In this document: positions 1 through 11,967 of the stretch, in pieces
How positions within the stretch are numbered: the first letter of the stretch is position 1
Layout of the letters: each line of letters begins with the position of its first letter
Assembly (NCBI RefSeq): GCF_018977255.1
Contig: NW_024704743.1
Span: forward strand, 96,660,001 to 96,724,000
From: Callorhinchus milii
Lineage: Eukaryota
Reading direction: 5' to 3'
DNA: 64,000 bases
Position numbers and translations under genes: made by a program
The notes under the pieces: generated by a model
The model's input: only the letters and a program-made list of their open reading frames with translations
The model's database searches: none
Told to the model about the DNA's origin: nothing

Positions 1-1593
1 ACCACCTGCTCCCTTGAACCCATCCCCACCCCTCTCCTTACCTCCCAGATCCAACCCCCTGCCACTCTACTCTCCGACACCATCAATCTCTCCCTATCAT
101 CTGGCACCATTCCCATCCCCCTGAAAACAGATATGATCACTCCCATCACTGCTTTCTAACTACCGGCCTGTCTTCAACCTCCCTTTTCTTTCCATGGTCC
201 TTGAAAGAGTTGTTGCTTCCCAACCGCTCATTGTTCTCCTACCATTCCCTTCACGAGCCCCTATTGCTCACAGCACAGAAACTGTTCTGGTCAAAGTGAC
301 AAATGACATCCTGTCCATCTGTGACAAGGGCTCCCTCTGCTTCCTCGACCTCCTCTGCCTCCTCAACCTCTCTGCTGCCTTTGATACCGTGGACCACTCC
401 ATCCTCCTCCACCGCCTCTCCTCTCACCTCAACCTTCAAGGTTCTGTCCTTGAATGGTTCAGGTTTTATCTCTCACACTGTCTCCAATTTGATCCGCCAA
501 TAGTTTCTCTTCCAGCCCCCGCACAGTCTCATGTGGTGTTCCTCAGGGCTCTGTTCCTGGTCCCCTCCTCTTTAACCTCTACATGCTCCCATATGTACTA
601 GGATGACACCCAACTCTCTCTCTCTGCCTCCACCCTTGATTCCAGGACAACCGACATCTGTCTGACATCAAGTCCTGGATGAGAGCCAACTTTCTACAGC
701 TGAATGTCAGCAAGACTGAGGCCCTCCTGATTGGCTCACACCAGCGCCTTTGCACCTCAGGTACTGGCAACATCAGCATCCACGGTTGCATACTCTACCT
801 CACCAAACCAGTCAGGAACCTGGGCGTATTGTTCAACCCTCAACTGTCTCCTCCATACCTGTGTCATGACCTGCTCTGTCTTCCCCCACCTCCACAACAT
901 TGCCCGACTCCACCACTGCTTCACCTCTAAGACCACCGAAACCCTCATACATGCATTTGTCACCTCAAGGCTCAACTACGTAAACTCCCTCCTTGTCGGC
1001 CTCCCCAACTCTCTCCTCCATAAGCTGCTGATCATCCAGAACTCTGCAGCTTGTGGCCTGTCCTACACCAGGCTCCGTGACCCCATCACACAAACCCTCG
1101 CCTGGCTCCCCACACGAGGGGCTCCCCACACGAGGGGCTCCCCATACACTGTCTCCCCATCCCTCAGAGGACAGAATTCGAAATCCTCGTCCTCACCTTC
1201 AAGCCCCTCCACGTCCTTGCCCCCTCCTACATCTCTGACCTGCTGTCCGCCTATCAACCTGTCTGCTCCCTCAACTCAGCAGGCTCCGCCTGCTCCAGGT
1301 CTCCCGCCCGACCTGCCCTACAATTGGCGATTGGGCTTCCAGCCTCTCTGCCCCCATTCTTTGGAACTCCATCCCACAATCCCTTTGCTTTGCTCCCTCT
1401 CTTGCCTCCTTCAAGGCACGACTCAAGACAATCCTTTTCGACTGTACCTTCGGCCGCCTCCTATCTCTCTGCCCTCCCTCACTCCAACCCTGCACCCCAA
1501 GCTCGGGTCCTGATCCCTGACTGTTCAGTGTCTTGGGACATCCTCCCGACGTGAAAGGCGCTTTACATATGTAATTTTATTGTTGTTATTGTT
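1..1593 (+). mobile_element. L2-clade LINE, 3' part of ORF2 (RT domain and C-terminus) plus tail; degenerate, runs off the window start
   Basis: Frameshifted RT motifs [65 protein letters not shown] and ETLIHAFVTSRLNY. Ends in the L2 tail GGGACATCCTCCCGACGTGAAAGGCGCT followed by degenerate (TTG)n. Confidence 0.95.
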
Positions 1594-1809
1594 CTCCTGA
1601 TGTCCTGGCCAGCAATCTCCCAAATAAAATTGGTCACTCACTCTATGGTTGTTTGTGGGACATTACTGTGCACAACTGGCTGCTATAATTCACCCACAAA
1701 ATATCCAGTCAATCCACTTTACAGTCTATCCTCTGAAGCACTTTGAGATGCCTCAGCAATGTAATAAGGATCTATATCGAATGCAAGACATACATTTATT
1801 ATTATTATT
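1594..1809 (+). mobile_element. Deu-type SINE, 3' fragment
   Basis: TGTCCTGGCC...TGTTTGTGGGACATT...GAAGCACTTTGAGATG...(TTA)n, shared with many copies in the window. Confidence 0.85.
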
Positions 1810-3585
1810 GTGCTAATCTGGGATTTATCCACCATTGTACAAAAGGTAAACATAGTGAAATTGCATTGCCCACATCTTTCTGCATCTGGCTTTGTTCTTT
1901 CAGCCTCATTTCTGTTCCTGTCTAGGGTAATTGTTTGATGGATTTTAGTGAAATGAGATTATTACTCACAACATTTAGATGAGGGATTTTCTATTGGTCA
2001 ACAGGGTATCTGACACAGATGGAAACCATGCTTAGAGTATCCACTGCTATGTTGAAAACAGCCCCAACCTTTCAATTTTTGCACATCACAGACCATTCAT
2101 CTTAACACCCGAAGCTGTAAACATACTTCAGGGAATTATATCCTACTTGAGCTATAATATGATTGGAAGTATTTTTTTCCCTTACTCCTAAAGGATTACA
2201 GTGGCGTTGTTTTGACTTTCATTATCTAAGCAGATTCATAAGGCTAATAGTTTTGTGTAATGAAACTGCTCATTCCTCCATTATATCCAACAAGAAGATT
2301 AAAAAGTTATTGATGAATGTACTCTTATTCAATTCATAGCCACATGCCTGTAGCACCTGGGGAATGATTGTGCCAAACATAAAAATACATACATATCAGC
2401 AGCAATAAAAGAACTGAAAGTCTCACATGTAGAATTTCATAAAATGCCTTAAGAAAATTAAAGTCATCTAACAAATGTCCATTGGATATCCTTCATCCAC
2501 AAGTTTAGTGACCTCCTCAAAGAATTTCAGAATTGTGGGGCGTGATCTCTTGTTTTTAATTGCAAACGTGTCCATTACTACCTATGGCCTTCATTGTCTT
2601 TGAGTGAAGCTTTAACTCTTTAAGTACCTGAAAGCCATTTGTTATCTTTCGAAATCTGGACTTTTCGCAATTGAGTAAAATGTAATTATAGAATAATAAT
2701 ATGCAAAACTATTTTCTTATTTCAGATTTTTAAAAAATAAACTATATGTATACGAAAATCTTGTTTTAATTATTTTACCCAGAACACCCTAGCTGTTCAC
2801 AAATGGTTAGTTGCATTCATAGAATGCAGTGCCAATTGTCAGGAATAAACTCAAACACACATGTACCATTACTTTTGTTTCCCACTGGTGTAAATTATCA
2901 GTCCAGTAGGCAATGAAATTAATGTTCACCCAGGGATTTCTCTGGTCACGCATCGCTTCCTCAACTGGTGCTATTACCTTATGTGGCAAAATATATTTTC
3001 ATTTGTAACCATCCATCACGAAATCATCTGTAACTAATGAAATTAAAAAAAATTACCAAACGTAAATTGTATTCACTGGATATGATGTGTTGGCTGCTGA
3101 ACATCAAAGCGGGTGATTTTCTGCTTGCTAGCTAAAGGACCGACCTTGGCAGTGAGGACATCTGAGTCTGTACTAGTCAGTAAATAGACAGATAGACAGA
3201 TCTTGGTCTGGTAAAAGACAAATTCAGGTTGAATTCCATATTTATGTCAATTTTGCTGTACTTTATTGATGAGGAATATTTCATTTTTTATTCTCTCCCA
3301 TTTCATGAGTAAAACAAAAATAAAACAAATTGAACATATTACTGTATATCATTCTGAAATACAGTACTGTTGAAATTTCTTTAAAACATCAGCATTTACC
3401 TATATATCTAAAGTCATTATCTTGCACTTGACCTAAAAGTACTAGCTGTGACTGTTAGAGGTGGAGACTGGTATCCACGCTTGGGGGAGGTGGGAGCTGA
3501 GAAGTGTGTGTTGTGGTGGGGGGGGCGGTGGAAGTTGACTGAAAATCCAGTTGAAGAGATTAAGTCTTAAGGCATGTGTTACAAG

Positions 3586-3623
3586 TATGTGTGTGTGTGC
3601 GCGGGGGGGGGGGGGGGGGGGGG
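3586..3623. repeat. (GT)n microsatellite followed by a poly-G run
   Basis: Directly visible. Confidence 0.9.
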
Positions 3624-5002
3624 TCAGAGAGGCAGAGGGACTCTAGAGTGTAAAATAGGTCATTTCTTGTGTAAAAATCATCTAAGATTAAAAATAATGG
3701 CAGATTTTTATTTTAATACAAATACTCCACTGCTGTCATAGCTGGTCAAAATATGGAAGATTGGTGGTAATTTTCAATCAGGCATTCAGATCAGGATTTA
3801 AACAGTCCCAGTTCACATTGTAAACCAACAATAGCTGAGGATTTTGAAAATTTTCAACTAACTAAAATAAATAGGACAATGTGGCTAGATTTAGGAAATT
3901 AAATACTTAAAAATTACATGGTGTGCATTTGCAGTGAAAGACATTTATGATTGAAGTAATTTTGCATTTGGAAATAATTATTGAAGTCTCTTGATATTTA
4001 ACATAAGTACTACTTTGTATAGCTGCTAAATTAGAGTTTACAATACATTTACCAGGACCATAATTTCACGGGAATTAATTTCATTCAACTGAATGAGCAA
4101 ACTGCACTCAGCAATTAAAGCACCTGAGATGTCTCAATCGTGTGCTTGAGCAAGTCAGAATTGAAATGCTGCACAATAAAGTTAATTGACCTGTGACATG
4201 AAAGATGGTTAATGCAGTTCTAAAAGCAATTGAATTAATTTGCAGTGCAGTAACTCCACATAAGTACTTGCTCGTAGTGTGGATGTTACACATGCTGAGT
4301 AACAAGAGATTGGTGGCAAAACCCCACAATGATTTAACGATGTATAAATTCCATTATAGAAGCTCCATTGTATTTTTTTCCTTCACGTCTAAATGACTAT
4401 GTTAGCTACTCGTAGACCATCTGGGTTTGTTTGTGGACCAGGATCTCAGTTATTGTGCGGTGAGTCAAATGTGAAAATAATAATTTAAATAAAAACCGTG
4501 AACACTTGACAAAAAATATTTTTCCACTTCCATCAAAATACATGAACCATAGGTCACTGAAAGAATGTTCTGTCAGTCGTTCAATGCACTGAGACCAATT
4601 TTCCTGTCACTAATAAATGAAGTGGCTTTGAAAGCATGTTGGCTTTGTTAATTTTACCAATTAAAATAAGCCTCGGAGGCATAAATCTGGTTATAGTAAA
4701 GGAAAGAGATTAATGTAAGTAATTAATGAGATAGTCTCTTTTCTTGTGGTTCCTGCCAGGAAGTGGGTCTACCTACTGCTGGCATTGGGTTCCATGGGAA
4801 CAGGCAATGTAACTCTGGTCAGAAAGCTAATTCAGGTAGCTTGGCTACTGAGAGATGTTAATCAGTGCATGACCCACTTTCTGTGCAGAGCAACAGCAGA
4901 GACTAAGTCTGGGCCAGCTCAAAGGCATTTTGGCTATCAGTGCTTAAAGAATGAATGGGTAGAAATTCTACCTGGGTTCAGATTTACTTTATTAAATATG
5001 GT

Positions 5003-5125
5003 AATAATAATAACAATAATAATCCTTGCATTTGATATAGCACCTTATCACTTTGTTGAGCTGTCTCAAAGCACTTCACAGAATATATTGCAAAGTGACT
5101 AACTGTGTATTTGCGGGTGAAACAC
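5003..5125 (-). mobile_element. SINE 3' fragment
   Basis: (TAA)n-TCCTTGCATTTGATATAGC tail motif. Confidence 0.85.
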
Positions 5126-5154
5126 AGTCAATTTGGTGTTCATTAAAAAATTAT

Positions 5155-6288
5155 GGAGTTCTGTGGAGTGGTAAGAGCACTCGCCTCGTAAGCCAGAGGA
5201 CCAGGGTTCGATTCCCAGTAGAGCGATACCTTAGGCAAGTTTCCTTACAACAACAACAACAACAAGATTTCATTCATAGAGCGCCTTTCACGTCAGGAGG
5301 ACGTCCCAAGGTGCTGGACAGTTGGGTCGGGACCCAAGCAGGGGAGAAATGGTCAGGGTGAGGGGAGGGAAGGGAGGGAGCGAGGAGGAGGTAGAGAGTC
5401 GAGAGGGGAGCTGAAGGCACGGTCGAAGAGAAAGCCCTTGAGACCGGCCTTGAAGGAGGAAAGGGAGGAGGCGGCGAAGGCACTGGGGGATGGAGTTCCA
5501 GAGCCTAGGGCCTGAGAGGCTGAAGGCCCGGCCACCGATGGTAGGGCGGTTAGGGCGGGGGATGTGGAGCAGACCGGAGCCGGAAGAACGGAGGGTACGG
5601 GCAGGTAGATAGGGGGATAGTAGGTCGGAGAGGTAGGAGGGAGCAAGACCGTGAATGGCCTTGTAGGTGAGGATGAGGATCTTGAAATCAATCCTCTGGG
5701 GGATGGGGAGCCAGTGGAGGCGAGCGAGGGTGGGAGTGATGTGGTCGCGAAGCCTGGTGCGGGACAGTACACGAGCTGCAGAGTTCTGAATGACCTGCAG
5801 CTTGTGGAGGGAGGTGCCGGGAAGACCGGCGAGGAGAGAGATCCCGTAGTCCAGCCTTGAGGTGATAAAGGCGTGGACCAGTGTTTCAGCAGCGTGAGGG
5901 GTGAGGTAGTGCCATAGTCTGGCGATGTTCCGGAGGTGGTGGAAGGCGGTGCCAGTTGTGGGGCGGATGTGGGGAAGAAAGGACAGCTCAGGGTCGAACA
6001 GGACTTTCACCACACACCTCTGTTTACCTAGCAGTAAGTAGAAACCTGGTTGTTAGTTGATTGGCAGATTGCTTTTCCGGGGGTAATAAACCCCCCCAAA
6101 AAATACTAATAATAATTTAGTCACTGAATCCAGTGCTGTGTGCAATTGGCTGACACGTTTCACCCACAAAATATGCATAAAATAAAATATAGTCAATTCA
6201 CCTTACAATATATTCTGTGAAGTGCTTTGAGACGTCTAAAAGATATGATAAGGAGCTATATCAGACGTAAGGATTATTATTATTATTA
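5155..6288 (+). mobile_element. tRNA-derived SINE (long form), split by an L2 insertion
   Basis: Head with B-box GGTTCGATTCCC at 5155-5248. The body resumes at about 6007 and ends in (TTA)n. Confidence 0.85.
5249..6006 (-). mobile_element. Young 5'-truncated L2 LINE (ORF2 C-terminus and tail)
   Basis: 241 aa ORF containing AFHHLRNIARL, ETLVHAFITSRLDYG, RLHWLPIPQRIDFKIL and GPRLWNSIP; CpG-rich; (TTG)n tail on the minus strand. Confidence 0.95.
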
Positions 6289-7305
6289 AATTTAGTATTC
6301 AATGGTCCTCAGTGTTGAATCCATTTTCTTGTAGGTTTTTTTCTAACAACTCGAGAAAAAGGGCTTCAAAGTTAAGACTGAGTTCAATAATTTTCCAGCC
6401 TCTGCAATGCTATTAATAGAGTACATCTAGACCCAAGTGGGATTTCTACCCAGAGGAGTTTCTGCCATTTAAAGGATCTTTTGAATACTTTTTCAATAGC
6501 TAATACCTGGAAGCTGGTCCTGCAACTGTGCTTAGGAGAGGGGTTGAGAGAATGGTGGATTCCTTTTGTTTAGGTTCCCCGGTGTACATCTCAACAAAAA
6601 TGCAGCTATGATCTAGGATTAATTCATACAAGCAGAGATCTGCTTAATTGTGGGACAGGGTTTCTAACGGAAAATAAAATTCTAAGCATCCTCTTACATC
6701 CAAAGGGTACGTCCAGCCAACACAATTAAATTGAAATGAACTGACCATCAACTATAGACTGGCATTCTTTTAATCATGTTTAAAAATCCTTCTCCTCTTT
6801 CTCCCACTCTGCAATTGACAAGCAGCAACAGAACAAATTGTTTGTATCTGTGTGGTCCTTTAACTTGCGTGCAATTACTTGTGCTAACTGGTACTGGTGC
6901 TCAGACTGCAAGTGTATTCCCCAAAGGAAATATAACCTTTTCATAATTCATGCGCTGTAGATCCTGCCAGTGCAAATAAGATGGATAATATATTGCAGTT
7001 CTTTATGTTATAAGACATGTAACTGTTCAGGCTTAACTCATTGGTTTGAAGACTCAAGTTGAGAAGAGGGGAAATCAACTTCAATTACTGTCCAGAGAGT
7101 GGCGAATAATGTGTGTGGAATACACTGTAGTCTATAATAATAATCGTTGCATTTGATATATACTATTCTTAAGAGTTTTAAAACAAGACTGAAATTTCCA
7201 CATACATATGTATGCCACAGACACAGGAAAATTTCCCTGTGTCTGGAACAGAATATCCACACTCTTCCTGGAAGGACACATTCTGCTTACTTAATTCCCA
7301 AGAGG

Positions 7306-7500
7306 ATAATAATAATAATCCTTGCTATTGATATAGCGCCTTATCACGTCTTTGAGATGTCTCACACTGCTTCACAGAATATACTCTAAAGTGAATTGAC
7401 TGTATATTTTGTGGGTGAAACCCAGCAGCCAATTGAGCGCAGCAGTGTCCCAAAACAGTTGTGGATTGAATGACCACATTTATTTTTTGAAGGGTTATTA
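7306..7500 (-). mobile_element. SINE 3' fragment
   Basis: Tail and body match the other copies. Confidence 0.85.
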
Positions 7501-7544
7501 TGAAGCTACAGGTCTCCACTAAGCTACAGGACTCTGGGTCAAAT

Positions 7545-7712
7545 CATTTTGGATACTATGTTCAGTTTTGGGTACCCAATCTTAGAAAGGATAGACTAGC
7601 TTTGGAAGGTATCCATCAGTAGCTCATTAAATAGCACTTGGGTAAAAAGGGCTTAGCAATGATTAGAAACTGGGGTTATATTCCTTAGAACAGAGGAAGT
7701 TAAGAGGTGATT
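7545..7712 (+). mobile_element. Degenerate CR1 LINE fragment
   Basis: Encodes YYVQFW-P-LRKD-like and GLYSLEQRKLRG-like motifs of the CR1 ORF2 C-terminus. Confidence 0.7.
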
Positions 7713-8489
7713 TTGGTCATCTTTCCACCCCTTCCCAACCTCTTAAGCTCTCTCCCCACCCCCAGCTCAGTGTCCAGCCATATTTGTGAAGCACTTTGGT
7801 ATGTCCTCCCAAGGTGAAAGACTCTATATAAATGTTAACTGTTTTATTTTAAAGTCTTCATGGTTTAGATGAGAAGGATGCATTCCTCTGTGGAGAGACT
7901 GCCTATTCCATACCAGACAAATTAAATTTCCACTTGTAAGTAGTTTGGTTTGGATACTCTTAAGCACGGTAATGGAATTCTTTGTACGTCAGAGACCCGG
8001 CTGACCAAATAATAGTTTGGGTTTCATTTGAACTAAGCTCCCAGAGTTGAAAGAACAGTGTGGTTATATTGCATTGCCATATCGTTAACCAGTTCTTTCA
8101 CTTTATGTAAAAGATGACTGAACAGATGGCAGCTTATAAAATCACAGGGTAAGTATGTAGTTCAATTACTATTACACCACTATGCAGATATGGATTGCTT
8201 ATAAAATAAATATAATCTTACCCAATGTATCATTAAATTGAAACTCTAAAATTTGCCAAAAGACACAGGCTTGGGTTTGAATGGAAAGATGGGCTAGAAA
8301 TGAATTTTTACATGATTATTCCATCTGGTGTAGATTGAAAGAGGATTGGACCAGAAGGGCTTAAACAGCCTTTTCTTATTCCCAGTTTAATAGCTTCATG
8401 TTCTTAACAGCATGCAAACTAAAACCCATCACTATAAGCATCAATTGAGCCAGCACTATTATCTAAAAGGCAAAACAAGTCAAGGTGAA

Positions 8490-8720
8490 TAATAAAAATA
8501 ATAATCCTTGCATTTGATATAGTGCCTTATCATGTATTAGAGATGTCTCAAAGCACTTCACAGATTTTTCTGTAAAATGAATTGACTGTTTATTTAGTGG
8601 GCAAAACATAACAGCCAATTGCGCACAGCAGTGTCCCACAAACAGTTGTGGATTGAAGTGACATTTTTTTAAAGTTATTCTTATCCTCAGAAACGTGATC
8701 CACCAATTGACTCATGCTAG
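8490..8720 (-). mobile_element. SINE 3' fragment
   Basis: Tail and body match the other copies. Confidence 0.85.
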
Positions 8721-9369
8721 TTAATTCCTATGAAAGCTATGTCTGATCAAGAACAAACATTGGGGAACAATAATGAAGAGTCTGCATTCAGCCAGTTGAG
8801 TTGGATTCCTCAGTCCATGGTTCAGATAATTTTCTCTCTGTCTCTGACTCATCAGCCTCTAGGAATAAACTGTGGTCAGCTTTCAGATCAAGTCAATCTG
8901 GCTGGAATATATAACATGTGTAGACGTTTTTTTTTCAAAATGATCAAAGCTTATGGAATTAATAGGAAAATTATCTAACTAGTTTGAAGATCCAATTAGC
9001 AATGACAGCAGAGTTAAAGTGCCCTGGGACCCTATATAGCGCTCTGTTTCCATCATTCAGTAATAATATAGATATTAACAATATTAAACAGGGGTTATTC
9101 TTCTTTCCGTACTCTATTTAGTACATTTGCGATGTGGGCTGAACACTATTCTCCTCAGTTTAGTAAATTTCACAAATTTGTCTCTGTGGGCTTAAAAATA
9201 GTCTCAGTACAATTTTGAAGTTTAAATAATATATCCTTAAAGATGCACAATTCAATGACAGCTATTTATAAGCACAAAAAAATTGTAAAACTTGTCAAAT
9301 GGAGAATCGTAATTAACTTATCGCAATGAATAAAAACCAAAGAGCACATAAAATAATACATGCATATGA

Positions 9370-9884
9370 TTTTTTTTTTGGGGGGGTGTCAGTTGGGTAT
9401 CTGACACGTGAAGAAACCCATCACCATGCTTAAGAATATCCAAACTAAACTGAGAGTTCCATGCATCCCACCTACACATGGAAATTCCAGAGATATTTAT
9501 TGGAATGGAATACGCACTCTCTCGCTGGTGGGATATCCTGCTTACCTAATTCTAGAGATTATTAGGTGCAGGTTGGCAAGAGCCAAGACTTGGGGACCCC
9601 ATAATGTGTTTTGGGTACTCTTGGAGTCAAACCAACTAAAACCACATAGGTTACCACTGAGGGCATTATCTGGCAAGATTTTCCATACTTGTCCAGCTGG
9701 GACTACCCTACCCTGTTAGGACTTTGGCTTGCAGGGTTCCAGGAGCTGAGTGGAAAGCGTTCCTGCCCCCAGTTACTGGTCTACCCTTCCAAGTCAGGGC
9801 TGGCTGGGCTGTCATCAGCAGTACCCTGGAGTACTGCTGGCCTGCCTGACTCAGGAACTGTGCTACCGAGACCACCACAGATTC
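9370..9884 (-). mobile_element. Unassigned retroposon 3' end (family X), the best-preserved copy
   Basis: Similar to 1995-2042, 7163-7305, 22383-22645, 27460-27663 plus 29531-29870, 40755-41082, 46141-46330 and 51480-51972. Most copies share one end (...TGTCAGATACCC.CTGAC followed by an A-rich tail) and are variably truncated at the other. Confidence 0.75.
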
Positions 9885-9885
9885 T

Positions 9886-10140
9886 AATAATAATAATAAT
9901 AATCCTTGCATTTGATATGTAGCGCTTTTCACGTCGGGAGGATGTCCCAAAGCGCTTCACAGAACACACTGTAAAGTGAATTGACTGTATATTTGTGGGC
10001 GAACGCGGCAGCCAATTGCACACAGCAATGTCCCACAAACAGTCGTAGATTTAAAATGACCAATTTTTATTATTGTTTTGAGTTTTGGAGGGATTATTAT
10101 TAGGCGTGTGGAGTAAGGAAACTTGCCCAAGGTTTCGCCC
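9886..10140 (-). mobile_element. Young short-form SINE lacking its tRNA head
   Basis: Near-identical to the corresponding part of 62425-62720; stops at GGTTTCGCCC. Confidence 0.9.
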
Positions 10141-10400
10141 TTAAATAAGATTTATTCTGTCCCGGATTATAGTCTCCAGGAGTTTCCCCACTACTGATGT
10201 TAGGCTGACTAGCCTGTAGTTCCCATGTTTGTCCTTCTGTCCCTTTTTGTACAGGGGAGTCACATTGGCCACTCTCCAGTCCTCTGGCACCACCCCTGTG
10301 TCCAACGAAGATTGAAAAATTATAGCCAAATCCTCCGTTATTTGTACCCGTGCCTCCCATAGTAACCTTGGTTGCATCCCGTCCGGACCGGGCGACTTAT
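10141..10400 (-). mobile_element. CR1 LINE internal ORF2 fragment (pre-RT region), no CR1 tail
   Basis: PGPDGMQPRLLWEARVQITEDLAIIFQSSLDTGVVPEDWRVANVTPLYKKG...NYRLVSLTSVVGKLLETIIRD, open throughout. Confidence 0.95.
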
Positions 10401-10774
10401 ATAAGATAGGGGGAAATATATAAGATATAGTATCTGTTCACACCACTATATAAGATATAGTATCTGTTCACACCATTAAGACATCTCAAAGCACTTCACA
10501 GATTTACAATAAAGTGTTCTTACTGCCATTTATAGAAGGATGTGGCAGCCACGTTGCCCAAATGTCCCACATAGAGCCCAATTTTTTATCTGGGGCTTAT
10601 TGTCCAGAACACTAAGAGAAACTTCCTTCATTTTTAGAGTTTCGTCCACAAATATAGTCAATCCACTTTACAGTATATTCTGTGAACCGCTTTGAAACAT
10701 CTAGAAGACGTGTCAAGCCCTATATCAAATGCAATTATTATTATTATTATAGTTGTGTTAAGGAGTTGTTAATT

Positions 10775-11088
10775 GGATCATGTATTTTGCAGGCAAACAC
10801 AGTCTCAATTTCTGCATAGCAGTGTCCACAAACAGCCATGAAATGAATGAACAATTTCATCTGTTGGCCAGGACAGCAGGAGAAACTTCCTTCTCTTTTC
10901 AAATAGTGCCATGAGATCTTTAACATCTACTTGAACACACCTTGGTTTGGCATCTCATCTGAAGGACGGCAATTTCAATCATGCAGCACCGGCCCCCAGC
11001 ATTGCATTGGAGTGTCAGCCTGGATCATGTGAGTTCAAAATCCTTTTGACTCAGAGGCGAGAGTGTTTCAGACTGAGCCAGGCTGACA
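10775..11088 (-). mobile_element. Old tRNA-Deu SINE
   Basis: Head (GCCTGGCTCAG...CGCCTCTGAGTCAAAAGG) and Deu-like core (CCGTCCTTCAGATGAGA...AAAGATCTCATGGCACTATTTGAA) on the minus strand. Confidence 0.8.
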
Positions 11089-11606
11089 CACACAACTACA
11101 TTTAGAAAGTTAAAACCCAGAACTCTAGACTGTCAATCCACTCTCATTTTACTGACCATCCTATTAAGTATTTCCCATTGCTAAAACACATCTCCCTGGC
11201 CTGGCCTTCAGAGAACAATGTGTATCACGGTCACCCCCACAGTTGTGTATTCCAATGCAGAGCTCTGCCTTGCCTAATGTGACAGCTCTGGGAGTGGGCA
11301 GAATAAGCACAGCTCCCTGCTGGTAACACTGGTTACATACATCTGGTATTGCCCTGCTTCGTGCACTATAAAAGAGTATGACTTATGTAAAGTATTTATT
11401 GTATTTGAAATGCTAGATCTGCTGAGCGTGTATCCACCGTGCTTTCATTTTAGGCACAACTTGTGTGGCATTGAAGATGTTCATCTATTAGTCTAACATG
11501 CTGTAATGTTTTTCTTTCCAGTAATCTATGGTTTCATTCCAACATATCTGAACGATCAGTGTAAGCAGCTTATTTGAATCTCTGCATCTGGTTCATTACA
11601 CAACCT

Positions 11607-11722
11607 GTTATTTTTCTTTTTTTCTCCCTTCCTCGCCTGACAACAGTGACTCACGCTGGGTGCAGTTCCTCGGGTGCTGGCATCTCTTCAGTGCTTCACT
11701 CAAGTGGCCATTCTTCATGTGT
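11607..11722 (-). mobile_element. 3' end of a different ancient SINE family (family Y)
   Basis: Minus strand reads CACATGAAGAATGGCCACTTGAG...GGCGAGGAAGGGAGAAAAAAAG; resembles 23700-23885. Confidence 0.55.
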
Positions 11723-11744
11723 TCCCTGGCTTGTTGCAACGTGA

Positions 11745-11967
11745 CTGTGGCCTTTGTTCTCATTGTTGCTGCTATCAATTTGCTGGAGGAGGTGAAGGAA
11801 GAACTGGAGGCAAGTTCCCGCAGCCAAAGGGCTCTGTGCAGAAGAACGGAGCTGCTACAGATGGTTTACAGTCCCCACCCCCTCTAGTATTCACCAAACA
11901 GCTCTGTCAACAGTGGCTGAAGCTTTTCCGTGAGCTAGTGACAGTACTCTTCCATATGCTGGCAGGG
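11745..11967 (+). mobile_element. Decayed PIF/Harbinger (HARBI1-like) transposase N-terminal fragment
   Basis: Across one frameshift: VAFVLIVAAINLLEEVKEELE...RALCRRTELLQMVYSPHP / FTKQLCQQWLKLFRELVTVLFHML. Resembles the recalled HARBI1-like pattern RVYR...LSEEQCLRRLRLSRE.V.ELC.LL. Confidence 0.55.

Larger units (their letters stand above)
4957..6451. mobile_element. Non-autonomous TIR DNA transposon (MITE, probably PIF/Harbinger-type) carrying nested SINE and L2 insertions
   Basis: Left end GGGTAGAAATTCTACCTGGGTTCAGATTTACTTTATTAA (4957-4995) matches the reverse complement of 6413-6451 (GGGTAGAAATCCCACTTGGGTCTAGATGTACTCTATTAA) at 32/39 positions. GGG termini fit Harbinger; the TSD is unclear. 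Confidence 0.7.

Noticed and set aside
1104..1147. 16 bp tandem repeat with a small hairpin, superficially CRISPR-like
   Set aside because: No spacers; a simple slippage duplication inside an L2 in a vertebrate context.
8109..8154. Micro-exon MTEQMAAYKITG with a GTAAGT donor
   Set aside because: Weak acceptor, lies among CR1 debris, no recognisable protein.
11647..11967. Conserved host-gene exon encoding MLAG, or the 128 aa ORF 11674-12060
   Set aside because: Better explained as SINE tail plus Harbinger relic; there is an in-frame TGA at 11647 and no recognisable host protein.
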